A stretch of DNA of 64,000 nt from Chrysomallon squamiferum. Lineage: Eukaryota; Animalia; Mollusca. Below are positions 41,927-56,854 of the stretch, piece after piece. Position 1 is the stretch's first letter; each line of letters opens with the position of its first letter. Below the pieces are notes generated by a model, which worked only from the letters and a program-made list of their open reading frames with translations, was not told the DNA's origin and did not search any database. The stretch is from NCBI GenBank assembly GCA_012295275.1, contig CM022673.1, forward strand, positions 9,176,001 through 9,240,000. The letters run 5' to 3'. Both the position numbers and the translations under genes were made by a program.

Positions 41927-42313
41927 TGTTTACGTTTAGGAGCACTTACATATTTCTTCTTCTGTTTTTTTCTGGACTCATTTTACGGCCGCCGGGCAAC
42001 TGCAAACACATCGTGCTGTGTTGTTCAGTTCTGATCAAAGAGAACATTCTTCTTCCATTATTGGCGAGTTTAAACCATCAATTAGGACCAAAAATTAGCG
42101 AGGGCAACCCGAACCTAGCAATTTGTAGCCCGTGAGCCTGCATTTTTTGAAACTGTGAATAAAACGAGTGAGCTAGCAGCACTCGGCGGTTCCACTGGAG
42201 ACTGAAGCTTCCCTGTCAGACTCAGAGAAGACGAAGACTGTACTGCACGTTGTATTCTGATGAAATATATTTCGAAGGGGGAAAAAAAAAAGGATGGAGG
42301 GATTGAGCGATAT

Positions 42314-42314
<1 letters not shown>

Positions 42315-42390
<76 letters not shown>

Positions 42391-42416
42391 TAGACAGATG
42401 GATGGATGGATGGATG

Positions 42417-42492
<76 letters not shown>

Positions 42493-42540
42493 TATGGATA
42501 GTTAGATAGATAGATATTCAGATAGATACATAGACATAGG
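42315..42540. repeat. Compound (GATA)n(GACA)n(GATG)n(GATA)n tetranucleotide microsatellite
   Basis: In-register switching between variants; degenerate after about 42491. Confidence 0.97.
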
Positions 42541-43118
42541 ATATACTGACTGATTGTAAATATATTAATTAATTAATTAATTAACTACATAAACGAATAC
42601 ATAAATAATTTAATAAATAAATAATGTTAAAAAAATAAATAATTAATTATGTAAAGAAAAGAATAATGTTCAAAATTAAATAAATATAATATAATATAAT
42701 ATAATATATTAATATAATTGTGATCAAAATATAATATGATATAACCTAATAAAACTGAATACATTCTTAAAACATGACCAGACCTTAGCCCTCGGTACCT
42801 CCCGTGTAAACAGTGGATCGGCCGCTGGGAAATTTCTAATTTGTCTGAGCAGAATGTTTGGTAACTGGATACCTCTATTTAAATGTACACGGACGCTGCT
42901 ATGACGGGATAGCAATTTGATGGGTGTGTCTTTCTGTGTGGCTGATCGATTATAAACATATTGTATTAAAAGCTTTACTACATGGACGATGGGTGCAAGC
43001 GGGGTAATCGTGGCTATAATTAATTTGTAACACATAATAACACACTCTCTTTGCGTCCGAACACAAACACGTTCCACTGCCCACACATATCCACAGAGTT
43101 ACGTAGAACAGATGAAAA

Positions 43119-43260
43119 TATATACATGCATAGTTACATACCTATATATATATACATGCATAGTTACATACATATATATATATACATGCATAGTTACATA
43201 CATATATATATACATGCATAGTTACATACATATATACAGCATAATTACAAACATATATAA
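43119..43260 (+). repeat. About 30-bp minisatellite (ta)n-catgcatagttacatac, 4-5 copies
   Basis: catgcatagttacatac occurs four times with (TA)n spacers that shorten in the later copies, then one degenerate copy, grading into ACAT-rich low complexity to about 43590. Confidence 0.9.
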
Positions 43261-44469
43261 TACATACACACACAATAAACATACACACACACAATATACA
43301 TACATATACACATACTCATAAACATACATATACATACATATACACATGCACATATACACACACATAGACATTCATAAGCATACACATACAGATGCATACA
43401 TACATACATGCATACATACATATATACATATATACACATGCACAAACACCTACACAAACACATATAAATTAAACACACACATATAAAAAACACACAGACA
43501 TATTTATACATACATACACATACACATACACTTATACATACATACACATACACATACACTTATACATACACACGTATACATATATACATATCATAAACAA
43601 CATGATCCTCTTCACCTCCACAGGAATTACATTTATACTAATGCTTGAATTGTTTTATTTTCAGTTATTTGTAAACTTTGTCCATTTATATTAAACTTGT
43701 ACAAATTTATTTATATTTGACGTTTTCCTCTTTGTCTAAAATTATTTACGATTGAAATTTGACCTTTAAATATTTTATAAGATCAATAACTGAACAAAAA
43801 AGAAAATTTCATTGGAATGTTTAAATATATCTCCCAAAAGTGAAATCATATTAATCATTAATTAAAACCAATCATAATGATTATGATGATCATCATTATA
43901 AGCATTAATATTTCACTGAATATATTTACTTAAGTACTTTTTATTCGCCTATAATAATTGATTTTAATTTAATTAATTTCTCTGTGCTTTCTTTTTACCG
44001 TTATTTTAATTCAATTATTTTTATTCCAGTCAAACGTATATTTTTATTAATAAACTCAGTTGTCTATTCCGCTTTATTTGAACACTTAAAAAACATTTGT
44101 ATTTTTATATCAGAAATTATGTATGTAAATTTGCCCGTTCCAATCATTAACTCCATCTAAGAAGGATGACGATAATGAATGAAACCACGCGGAAGCATGC
44201 GTGCATTCAGTGGGACACAAATTTGATTAAAAATGAATTTAACTTCGTTTTTATCAAACAGTTTATTTTTACATGTTTGTAATGTATATCAAGAATAAAT
44301 GTAATTTGAGCTATATAATTTCTAATCTTATAAATATATTTATTTTTGTTTGTTGTTTTTACGCTCTTTTTTTCTCTATATTTGTTTATTTATTTATTTA
44401 TTTTTATTTTTTATTTTTTAATATAATCTATCATCTATCTGTCTGTCTGTCTATCTGTCTACCTGCTTA

Positions 44470-44477
<8 letters not shown>

Positions 44478-44557
<80 letters not shown>
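44478..44557. repeat. (CT)n microsatellite
   Basis: Uninterrupted CT run. Confidence 0.98.
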
Positions 44558-44562
<5 letters not shown>

Positions 44563-44751
44563 ATATGTATTGGAATATATTATATATAACTACATACGTA
44601 CAAAACATTCAAATACACACAAATAGAAGTGTCATATACAAATGCTCAAACAGAAGACATGGGCTGTAACATCAACACAAATGTATTCACTGTTTCCTCG
44701 TTATATTCTTTATTATCATTAGTGAAAGAAGCAGCAGTGAGAGAAGCTGTG

Positions 44752-44786
44752 GTAGTAATAGTAGAAATAACAGTAGTAGTAGTAGC

Positions 44787-44823
<37 letters not shown>

Positions 44824-44895
44824 CTAGTAGTAGTAATAGTAGTGGTAGTAGTAATAGCAGTAGTAGCAGTAGTAGTAATAGTAGCATCAGTAGTA
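44752..44895. repeat. Degenerate (GTA)n microsatellite
   Basis: Direct reading; produces the poly-V/poly-L ORFs. Confidence 0.95.
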
Positions 44896-45782
44896 TTGTT
44901 ACGTTATAATCAGCATGGTCTTTAACCATTCCCAAGTGAAACTGGAACCGCCACTGTCTTACTAAGTAAGACTTTAACAAGAAGAAAACCTATCTGTAGC
45001 AATGCTAACTTGAAATAGGTTGTAAATAAAAAACTTATGTCAGTGTGTATTTTGCGATATGAGACCCCTTTCATTCTCTAAAGAGACCATACTTGTCAAG
45101 AATAAAGTTTCGTACGCGATTAAAAAGAAAATGAAGAAAAAAAAAACCCCGTCAAACAATTAAACTCCGCTTGTTTCCAGTTAGTCTCGTGTTTGCTCAA
45201 GTGCTGGCGTGCAGAGAAAACTCGGATCGGACTACAAAACCTCTTGAAAACCTAACACTTCTGTTAATTCATTGCTCATTGCAAAGCGCCGGTGTTGATG
45301 TTTGTTATTAGGCATGTTTCTCACTCGCTGTCCGTCGATGACTAATTGGGGAATTAGCTAGATCAAGTCATTATGTACAAACATTCTCCCCTTTCCCTTT
45401 TTTCCCCTCCACGACAAACAAATTGAAAAGTCGTGAAGTCTTCTTCAAGAAACTGAAAGACATCAAAACGTTCCCTCGGAACACATGTCCAGTGGAAAAA
45501 AAAAAAAAAAAATGGCCAATGTTGAAAGCCAGTTGTTTCAAAGAGAATGTCGTAGTGTCTCTCTGATCAACAGATGGCGAGTAATTATCTAACACTAATC
45601 ATAACATGACGGTTTAAATGATTGTGCATGTAAGGGTGATGTTTTTGGTGATGACGATAAAGGTGTTACCCAGTGTGAAATAATCCTCCACTGTAACAGC
45701 GGGAGTTAAACGTATCCGCAGTGAAGTTTCTACTCGATTTAATGTCTGATAGTGTGCCACAGTCGTTTATTTTGTGTGGAAT

Positions 45783-45850
<68 letters not shown>

Positions 45851-47305
45851 TACAGTTATTGTTGTTGTTGTTGTTGTCGTCGTCGTCGTCGTTGTTCTTG
45901 TTTTTGCTGTTGATTTTTGTTATTGTTGTTGTCGTCGTCGTCGTTGTTCTTGTTTTTTTCTGCTGATTTTTTCTGTTTTAGATGTTTATGTTATTATTAG
46001 TATTTTATGTTTTATCTCTTCTTTTTTTATTTTTTATGTTTATGTTGTTGTTGTTATTATTATTATTATTGTCGTTGTTGTTGTTGTTGCTATTATACTT
46101 ATTTTAGTTGTTTTTTTAACTGTTTACACTAATAATAATAATAATAATAATAATATCATCATTATTATTATTATTATCACTGTCATTATTATATTCGTTT
46201 AATTTGATAATTTCTTACATTTTAGTTTATATATATATATATATATATATCCGACTGAAATATTTCACAATTATTTTTCCACTGTATTAATCACTCTTTC
46301 TCTTTCTATATCTGTTTGTCTCTGTCTATGTGTCTGTTTATTTTACTTATAACTTTTTTCTCTTTCTAAATTATACAGTTACTAAACAGTTAATCGTGAA
46401 AACATTGTATTTATCATTCTCTATCTTTTCTGCGTACATAGACTCAAACGCACAAACACTCTTGCTTGTCCTTATAATTATTACAACGAAAAATATTACA
46501 TTTCAGAGTTTGCTGAATCAACTTTTATGCCAATCTTATCTGCAATTATTGCATAATAAATTCCGAATTTTTCTGTATAAATTAATTTTCTACTGCGCTC
46601 CAAATTTTAGCAAACATATTTACGACTTAGACATTTGCTCCAGTTTTTGTGACTGGAAATTAATGACCAAGTTCCCACCTGCCACTGTAAGGTACCTCAC
46701 TTTATATTTAGTAAAGTATATATACGTCTTGATTAATATTTTATATTTTCAATATTCTGTCATTATTTACGGAGGTGCACACATGCCTAGGGGGTGTCAT
46801 TAACTCTCATTTGTTTGACCCTTGTCAAAAAACTTTCCTTGCCCTTTTTTTTCTACCGAAAATTCGCGTTCGTTAATGGAATGGTTTATTGCCCGTACTG
46901 GTAAATAATTAAAAAACTTTTTTTTTTTTTTTTTTTTTTAATGCACTTGTGAATTATTCTAGGTTTGATTTTGCATGTGACTCGACTCTTTTTTTTCTTA
47001 CGGTAATTCTAATTAATTTCACACGCGTAGCTTGCAACAGACCAATGAAAATGTCGTAACTGTAATATCATTATCATAATTTATGATACGCAGTACAAAT
47101 AAGTTATGTTTGATGTAAATTTTTTTTTTTTTTTTTTTATTTTTTTTGTTGTTGAAGTAATCAAGTAAATTATATCAAATGCATATTTGGATATCAAAGA
47201 AAGAACTGATGGAAATGTTTTTAGAATAACAATAAAAAAAATATTTTTGAAGTTTGGCTATTAATCAGTGGGTCTAATACTTTCTACTTTGCTGCATATC
47301 TATCA

Positions 47306-47484
<179 letters not shown>

Positions 47485-48810
47485 CTCTCTCTGTGTCTTT
47501 CTCATACACATCATCATCATCATCATCATCGTCATTATTTTACTCATAAACGATATTAAATGAACCACTAAAATTAAAAAAAAACAAAAAAACAAATAGG
47601 GTTTTATTCATAATTGTATATTAGAGTGTAAATACAGCTGATTAGTATATTGTTCTGATAACCAGATATACATGCATCTGTATACACATGCACATACACT
47701 TGCACACACATATAGACAAGCACCCACACACACACACACACGCAGAATTATCAAAACAAAAACTAAGTTAAGTATTATTTTTATAATCTTTGGTTTTGTT
47801 TTTAACGTCTTTTTAGACTTTCCTAATAAATGTTATATTCCATATATTTTTTTATGCCTTTTTTCTTTACTGTTTCTTTTTGTAAGAACTAAAACATTAC
47901 GTTCTGTTTTTTTTCTTTCTTTCTTTTCAAATTAATTTTTAAAAGAAAATTATTATGCTCAAAGAATTTGCTTTTCTCGTTTCTACATCACTTTATTATT
48001 TCTGACCTTTCACACAACCTAGTAGCCGAAATGTATAAATAAATTATACTTCGGCCAATTCCGTATGGCATCGTAAAAACAGAAGAATGAGGTGGATTCG
48101 CCCGTCCCTACAAACGTAATGAATTATTCACAATTAAGAAAGATGAAGGTACCCACGTAGCAAATAGGGGTAAAAAGGGTACACTTCAAAAGAAAAATAG
48201 TAATTAATTTCATATTTGGAACTGGAAAATTCTGTTTGTGCCACTCCTTATTATTCAGTTTTTAAAATCAATTATTTTGCACCAGCTGCTGTACATATTA
48301 TTAATTTTTACTTTTATGACTGCAGTTACAACCATTTCCGTATTGCTGTTACTATTAAAGCTTCTATTTCTAGCATTACAACTAACAGTTTTACTGTTAT
48401 AATATCTATTATTACTAATATTACTCATACAGTGACCATTACTCTAAAACTAAGACCAGTATCGCCACCAAATTATTTTACATTAATACCACAACTATAA
48501 CTAATCTAGTATTATTATTACTACTACTACACTGACTACTACTAATATTACTACTACTATTGCTGCTATTACTTCTTCGTTTTACTACTGCTACTACTAT
48601 ATTGCTTTACTACTATAATTCTTCTTATTTATACTACTACTACTACTACTACTATGACTTCCTCTATCTAATTATTATTGTTATACTGCTATTATTATTA
48701 CTATTATTTTTATTACTACTCCTGTTATTGCTGCTTCTACTGCTACTACTACTACTGCTACTACTACTTCTACTACTACTATTACTGCCACCATCACTAC
48801 GTTTTCCATT

Positions 48811-48905
48811 GTTGTTGTAGATGATGTTTATATTGATTATGTCGCCGTTGTCAAGACGTATAATCTTGACAGAGTGAATCATATTAAATCATTAATTAAG
48901 TGTTT
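48811..48905 (+). repeat. Short dispersed repeat B, copy 2
   Basis: gttgttgtagatgatgtttatattgattatgtcgccgttgtcaagacg matches 9771-9820. Confidence 0.75.
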
Positions 48906-49441
48906 TGGTCTGTCGATGTCGGTATTGTTTATATAGTATAACTGAAGCATACTTTTCTTGCTTTGATGATGTCGCTGTTGCAGTTAGTTTGTTGCTGCTG
49001 TTGTTGCCATGGCTACGTTTACAGTGTATTTTGTAAGATTGAACATTGTATTTATTGTTGTTCTTCTTTATGCTAATTTTATTTATTTTATTATTTTTTA
49101 TTTTGTTAGTTAGTTAGTTAGTAAATAAGTTAGTTAAGCAATATTATTTCATTTATTTATTTACATTTATTTTATCTTATTAATTTATTTATTTATGCTT
49201 TTATGTTTTATTTATTTATTTTTATTTTATTTTATTTTGTTTTATTTTATTTTATTTATTTATTTATTTAATTATATATTTATTTTGTTAGCAAGTTTGT
49301 AAAGCAATTTTGTTTCATTAATTTATTTATATTTATTTATTTTTATTTATTTATTTATGCATGCAATTTTTTTTATTTATTTATTTTTATTTTTATTTTA
49401 TTTTATTTTATTTTTGTTTGTTTGTTCGTTTGTTTGTTTGT

Positions 49442-49500
<59 letters not shown>

Positions 49501-49717
49501 GTTTCTGGTTTATTTTTTTTTTGTTTCTTTTTCTTATTTTGTTTTTTTTCTCGATTTTTTTTGTCAGTTCAATACTTTTTAATTTTTGTTTATACTTTTA
49601 CATTTGTTTGAAAATCATTTATTTATTTATTTTTTTTGTTTATATTCACTTTTATACATATTTACAGAGAGACAAAGAAAGAAAATGTTTGAGAGATAAA
49701 CTGAAATAAAATAAATA

Positions 49718-49854
49718 AGAGAGAGAGAGAGAGAGAGCGATAACAGACAAAGAAACAGAGAGAGAAGAAGATAATATTATAAAGAGAGAGAGAGAGAGAG
49801 AGAGCGATAACAGACAAAGAAACAGAGAGAGGAAGAAGATAATATTATAAAGAG
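49718..49854 (+). repeat. Near-perfect 67-bp tandem duplication bounded by (GA)n
   Basis: cgataacagacaaagaaacagagaga(g)gaagaagataatattataaagag starts at 49738 and 49805; the copies differ by about one indel. Confidence 0.92.
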
Positions 49855-50384
49855 TGAAAAAAAAAAACACACACACACAGAGACACTACTTAACTATTCC
49901 CCCCATGTCGTTTTAAAACTCACAAAAACCGAAATATAAAAAAACCTCTGTCCGAGCTACATCCAACCATTCTGACTTTAAAGCCAATTAAACTAATACT
50001 GTTCTGATTGAAGTCAGATCATGTATGATATTGTTTCTTTTATTTCTTGATTCATGTGTGTGGCTCGCCATGGCAAAACACTTTTAATGTCCAATATTCT
50101 TACAGGAATTATTTCTCAAAGTGCTTAATGCTGCAGTCTGCACTGTCATAGGAGAGAGTCCAGTTGTTTATATCTTTGATCTACGGAGTCATAGAGGGAT
50201 AAATTGCTGTATGCTTAGTTTAAAGGGCTGAATTGGGGGTCTTGTGGAAAATTACTGGAACGACACAGGAGAGAACTGGATAGTCGAGAGTGTTGTGATA
50301 ATCTGCTAATGGTTTTGTTTTTGTTTTGTTTTTGAATTGTTAGATTAGACTTTAAATAGAAATTTAATATAGTAGGGTCAATGG

Positions 50385-50433
50385 AGAGAGTGGGGGAGTG
50401 AGGGAGTGGGGGAGAGAGAGTGAGTGAGGGAGG

Positions 50434-50527
<94 letters not shown>
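50385..50527. repeat. G-rich leader plus (GA)n microsatellite
   Basis: Several G3-G5 runs at 50392-50436, then pure AG to about 50527. Confidence 0.96.
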
Positions 50528-50530
<3 letters not shown>

Positions 50531-51039
50531 TGAATTAGCGATTATATTGAATGAATGGAAAGATTATTTTGTTTTCCAGAACTTATCATTCAGAAATTAT
50601 TTATTTATAACTGAGTATATTGAAAAAAATAATAATAAAATAATAACAACAATAATAATAATAATAATAATAGCAAGAATAATAATAATAACTGTAATAA
50701 TAAGAAATAAATAAATAAAATGCAGCTTTTAAACGAAGCAAAAATATCAAAGTAAAAAGATATTGAAATGAAATCAAAAATTAATTTAGAATTCAATAAT
50801 AATAATAACAATAACAATAATAATAATAAATTAAAGTACAGAAATCAAAAAAAAAAAAAAAAAAAAAAAATCTCAAGGTTAAAACAGAACAGAACAAAAT
50901 CAAATCTGTAAAAAAAAAAAATAATAATAATAATATAATAATAATAATAATAATAGCAATAATGAAAGAAGAGATAGAGAACATCTCATCACACTAAACA
51001 TTTTCTCTTTTTATTTTCTTCTTCTTCGTTTTTATCAGA

Positions 51040-51790
51040 TAATTTCTCCAACAACTCATTGTTCTAGCGCTGACTTCCACAACCCGTCGTTTCTTTGTGA
51101 GGCGGAACGATACTAACTCGATGTGAGGCTGGCGGTGTAATCTTGACTCACTTCCCCGTGTCTTATCGTAAAACTTGCGAGAATCCGCTATAAAACTTAG
51201 ATCGCAAGACACTCGCCTTCACTCGCGCATTGTGTTTCGTTAAAATTCCGTAAAATGCGATTTTTTCACTCCATTTTTAGCTCGTGATTAGGAATAAAGG
51301 AATATATTACATTCATTTTTGCGTCTGACAGATTTTTTTTTTTTTTTCCTTCTTTCTTTCTTTCGAATTCTTCATTTCATTAGTAGGCGTGGTTAAGAAA
51401 GAAAAAAAAAGAATTTAGTAAGACAAGTGGGCGGAGCTTGTTGGTGATATCACATGTATTTGTCTTTATCAGTTCTAGCTAATGTGACAGAAAAAAAGAA
51501 CAAAAAAAATATCAGTTTCTGACACGTTCAAGAAAGTCGAATTTCTTGAAATGGATGGAAAAAACAACAACAAAAAGATGTGAATTTCAGTGTTGATTTT
51601 TCATGTGCACGACGCGCAATAATATTATTGTTTCATTGTTATTGTCGTCTTTTTCATGAGAACAGTAGTGTCACTGACATGAATGGAATTAATTAATTAA
51701 CAGCTTGATGGCATAATTTATTAGCCCAGTCCATAAAAGATATCAGCTTTAATATTAGCTCGAACCAGTGGTCACCGAAAACTATAATTA
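51040..51790. promoter_or_regulatory. Putative regulatory island with GC/GT boxes
   Basis: AGGCGTGGT about 51385-51393 and GTGGGCGGAGC 51428-51438 (Sp/KLF-type); inverted repeat TTCAAGAAA-n6-TTTCTTGAA 51527-51550; ATTAATTAATTAA about 51688-51700. Confidence 0.35.
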
Positions 51791-52379
51791 AATTTAGAAA
51801 TAATAAAAATTTATGAATTTGATTCGTATTTCTTTTTTTTTTTTTTTTTTTTCAAAGATTCAATGTTTACGAGAAAAAATAATAAAACTGCTATAAAATT
51901 TCTAGTGTTTTATTTAGGGTGTCTGAGATAAAACAAAACATTAAAGAATATATTTTGTTAGATGTAAACAGACATGCAACGAAATATTGCCTCAGGTTAT
52001 TATTATTTGTAAATTTCTTTATTATTATTATTGTTGTTGTTGTTGTTTTATTTTTGAAACTTTCACTTCACTTTATTTTATTTTATTTTATTTTATTTTC
52101 ATTCATTTTATTTTATTTTATTCTTCTATTTTTTTTTTAGTTAATTTGCTAATGGAAATTATTTACATTTTGTGTTTTAATACAAACTCTTTAAAACAAA
52201 ATACACACATTTGCAGTTAACGAAATATGTAAGTTTGAGTAAAAATGCAAACACAAACACGCACACACACGTACAGATACGTACGCAAACTGAATAATTA
52301 ACTATGCTGTGAGAAAATACATCTTTTTCGTTCGACATTTATTTACAGTTTCTTTTTATTTATGTTCTATTTTTCTTCC

Positions 52380-52431
<52 letters not shown>

Positions 52432-52488
52432 CTGTTATTATTTTATTTTCATCAGCACCACCATTATTATTGCTCTTATCGATACTGA

Positions 52489-52522
<34 letters not shown>

Positions 52523-52548
52523 GTTGTTGTTGTTGTTGTTGTTATTAT

Positions 52549-52583
<35 letters not shown>

Positions 52584-53194
52584 TTACTACTACATATTTA
52601 GGAAAACATTAAATATTTGCAAACAAAAAGAAATTATCTGATGTTAAAATCATGTGATTGCGACATTTTTTATATATTTACCTTCACCAAAATCATTTTT
52701 ACAATCATTTTAAAAACAAAAATATATGAAATACAATTGAATAATATTAGAAACGTAAACCAAAATTGACTGAAAAATATTTATAATTGTGTGTATATCT
52801 TGATATACTGTTATTGCAAACCGAACTGGTAATAGGTAAATGCGTTACGAACTGTTGGTTCAACTCACAGTGTGTGTTATATAATATTAGTTTTAAATGT
52901 TTTTTAAATTTGCGAAACTCTGAAGAGAAAACGATTTAAAATTTGTAATTTTGTGATGTTTTTTCTGTTGTTGTTGTTGTTTGTGTGAGGGTGTTGTTGT
53001 TTTTTAGGGGTTTCTTTTGTGTGTGTGTGTGTGTGTGCATATTTGTGTTTTTTTTTTTTTTTTTTTGTTTTTTTTTTTTTGTTTTTGTTATTTATTATTA
53101 TTATTATAATTTTATTTTTATTTAGTCGTTTTTTTTTGTTTGTTTTTTACGTTAAAATGTTTGATTCAAGTAAAGTTTTTTTTTGGGGGGTTAC

Positions 53195-53230
<36 letters not shown>

Positions 53231-53912
53231 CTTAATCGATAATCTTTCTCTCTGTAATGTGTCTCTATATATATATATATATATATATATACAGTTTATA
53301 GATCAATGAATTCAAAATTAGATGCATGGGTGCCTTGCACCAGCGTGAAAACCGTTTTGGAGACAGTTGCAGAATTAACATAGACACTTTTTATACAGTA
53401 CGTTTGATTAAGTACCCATCGATGTAAAGACGGTTTTATATTTTAATACACATATTATCTAAGTTCTTTTTTGTTAGTATGCGTATTTATGCGTGCGTGT
53501 AGGAACACGTGTGCTTGGAAGAAAAAAAAGTGCGAGTGTTAGAAAAAATAATTAAATAAGTAATTTTATAAATATTTATACTGTACTAAATTACATTAAT
53601 AATTTTTTCAAGAGCTTATTCTGAACCAAAAACTGGAAATATTTCCTCTTAATTATGAGTATTTATTTATTTATTTATTTTTTTTTATTTTTTTTATTTT
53701 ATTTTATTTTATTTTATTTTATTTTATTTTATTTTATTTTATTTTATTTTATTTATTTATTTTTTTATTTATTTATTTATTTATATACTTACTTATTTAC
53801 TTATTTACTTATTAAGTTATTTACTTTTAACTTCGATGATTGGACTAGTAATGAAAGAGTAGGTGTACAATATCAACAAACAAACAAGCAAATAAATAAA
53901 CAAAGCAATGAA

Positions 53913-53969
<57 letters not shown>

Positions 53970-54744
53970 ATACTCTACCAGAAGCTATATTCGCTATAGT
54001 ATTTATCATATATATATATAGAGAGATATATATATTTAGTGATTGCATATATATATTTGAATTATATATTCCACTGAAACTGCTTTTAGACAATGAGTAA
54101 AAAAAAAATATTTCAATATTTTATTCATTTATTTAATTAAAATATACATTACATTATGTTACATCATACAAGCACCGCATTATATTTCTCATTAGTTACT
54201 ATAATGTTTAATATTAATTTATAGAGTTTTTACAATTTCTTTCTTTATTTACTTCTTTTTTATCTTTCTTTCAACCTTTTATTTTATTTTATCTTATCTT
54301 ATTATAGATTTTCGTCTTGTCTTTTTCATCAACTTCTACGTCATTAACTGTGTTACATGTTCACGAGTAACATTTCTATTATTTTCAGTGATGTTTCATT
54401 TACAAGCAAACCTCAGTTGACACAAAAACAAAATCTTTCTTTAAGTATAATTACCATTCTATCTCCTTGAACCAAGAGCGCTAACAATTGGTCATAAATT
54501 AATCATTCCCTCCTTTTGACCACTATGATGTCATACTGACCACTGGGACACACTCGGCCATCCATCACAACATACTCCTGGTTTTTTTTTTTTTTTTTTC
54601 AGAGATTTTGGGGGATATTTATTCGACAAAAAAACTGCCCCCGGGGGCTGAAAAAGTAACGCTTCATATAATGTATTCTGTAACATGAACGAAACGACGG
54701 GGTCAAACGATGATTTCTTTAAAGTCTTTTTTTTTTTTTTTCTT

Positions 54745-54781
<37 letters not shown>

Positions 54782-54869
54782 CGTTAAAGATACCCATCTC
54801 ACAATGGTCGTTCATTGTTGCTTTGCGTTCATCTTGCTTAATATGTCGCAGCACAGACTCAATGGCATG

Positions 54870-55370
54870 ATCTAACGTCCCACGAAGATTCCAACAACTA
54901 CGGCCGCTGCCCAATTAGGTTGTTTTATTGTCACGGCTTTTTACTGTGCGATGATCGCTTCGTGCGTCGAGCCGTGGCCGAGAGAGCGTATCTTTATTCC
55001 CCAGTTGTCACCGGTGACAGGTGACTGACAGGCGAAACCGCGGGGAGGCTGACTCATTATAGCCGCCGTCTGTTCGTTATCCGTCAAGCATGCAGCAGAT
55101 CGATCGGCCTATCGCCAATAGCGGCGAGAAGCGTCCGAACGGCCACGCCTCCTTTTATGCAAATGACAATCGAATTAAACAGACGTGTGACATCACGACC
55201 GCTGCCAGCCTATGCACGCAGCGGTGGCGGAATCGATATGGCGTAATCGATGCCGTGTTTGATTTCATGGCTGCCGTGCGCTCGGCCCAGTCCCTATGAC
55301 GGATGTTTAGTAAGCGGAAAGGAAACAGTTAGCTCCGCCCAGAAGGGGCGGGATTTTCGGTCGACAGTTT
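54870..55370. promoter_or_regulatory. Strongest CpG island in the window; candidate promoter
   Basis: Highest GC/CpG density by eye; palindrome TGTCACCGGTGACA 55006-55019, TGACTGACAG 55022-55031, TGACTCA 55050-55056, CCAAT 55115-55119, GCCACGCC 55142-55149, ATGCAAAT 55157-55164, and opposed GC boxes CTCCGCCC 55333-55340 and GGGGCGGG 55345-55352. Confidence 0.55.
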
Positions 55371-55830
55371 TAAAAAAAATATATTTTTATTTTTAGCAAA
55401 CATGCGTTTGGCTTAGTGACAGTGATTTGGTATTGACGAGTGGGTTTTATTCGACAAACGAAGACTTTCCAAGTCATTGCAACGGAATGCTGATGAATTC
55501 GAGAGTTTAACACGTCAATTGTCATTCTCTTTCGCACTGTGATGTTGAAAAATTGTTTAACCTGAAACCAGAAACAGAAGAAAGAAAATAATAATAGTCG
55601 TAATAATAATTATTATTCAACTGACAAAAATTTCTCTGACGAGAACACCAGTGGAGCTCTCTCTCTCTCTCTTCCTGGCAGTGAATTTCTGTTTACTGGA
55701 AGCCACTTTTCTCTACGGCAACGACGTCGGCTTTTGTGTTTTCTGTTTTCTAACATCATCATCACCATCGCAACGTCAACTACTGCGACAACGATTTTGG
55801 ATACTAATCTCTTTTGGAGTCTAGAATACA

Positions 55831-55857
55831 CTCACAATTTCATCCATTTAGGTAAGT
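55831..55857 (+). other. Consensus 5' splice site AG|GTAAGT (first-exon donor or recursive site)
   Basis: ctcacaatttcatccatttag|gtaagt; AG at 55850-55851, GTAAGT at 55852-55857. No transcript evidence available. Confidence 0.35.
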
Positions 55858-56438
55858 ACATGGTATATATAAAATGTTAAAAATATATATATATTTATAT
55901 ATGTATATACATACATAACAGTACATAAATATATTTAACCAAGGGGTGTGTCCAATGCTTTAAAAATAATTTATCAACAGTCTTGCAATATTTCCGCAGG
56001 ATGCGAAAGAAAATGTTTTATCCTCGACCACAATTTTCTTCTTCTTTTTCTTTTTTTTTTTTTTTTTTTTTTTTTTCTTCCATCTTGTACACTCGGTTGG
56101 TTACTTAATCAATCATACTGCATAAAATATGTCTACGTTAATTCTGCAGTTGTCTCCAAAACGTTGCCCGGGATGCTGCAGGGCGTTCACGCATCTAATT
56201 GGGATTCACCGACCACTGTAAAATTGTTGGCAAATTTAATGAATCGAATGCAGGGTCACTTAGTTTTGACATGGTGTATATGCGGTGCTGTAAATCTTTT
56301 TTAATTTAGCATCCTTTCTGCACGTAAGAAACGCTTGTAACATTAGAGATATTCAAAGAATGCGTAATTCATGAATTTTACTTGTTTTTTTTGTTTTTTT
56401 TCTTCTTTAACCTTTTCTTCTTTTCTGTTTTTCTCTTC

Positions 56439-56469
<31 letters not shown>

Positions 56470-56819
56470 TTTTGTTTATATTTGTTTTATTTTTATTTTT
56501 TTATTTTTTTTATTTTCTTTTATTGTTGATTTCTTTTCTTTATTATCGTTCTCTTTTATTATTTTTTATTATTATTTTTTTTTTTAATGCTATGTACATC
56601 AACAGACTTAAGTAGTTTGTTTTTTTTGATCCAAATGTACTGGCAAGTTTTATAGTTTTCTTGTTTCTTGTTTTTGTTTTGATCTTTTTACATTTTTCTT
56701 TTTTTTACTTCCTTCTTTTTATTTACTAAATGGTGGGAAATATAAATATTTTAGTGCACTTGACTTTATAAAAGAAAAAATATTGTTGTTATTTATTAAA
56801 TTATTATTTGCTTGTTTGT

Positions 56820-56854
<35 letters not shown>

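Noticed and set aside
46330-46803. 157-aa plus-strand ORF
   Set aside because: GTG start and F/L/I/Y/N-biased composition typical of chance ORFs in AT-rich DNA; no domain recognised.
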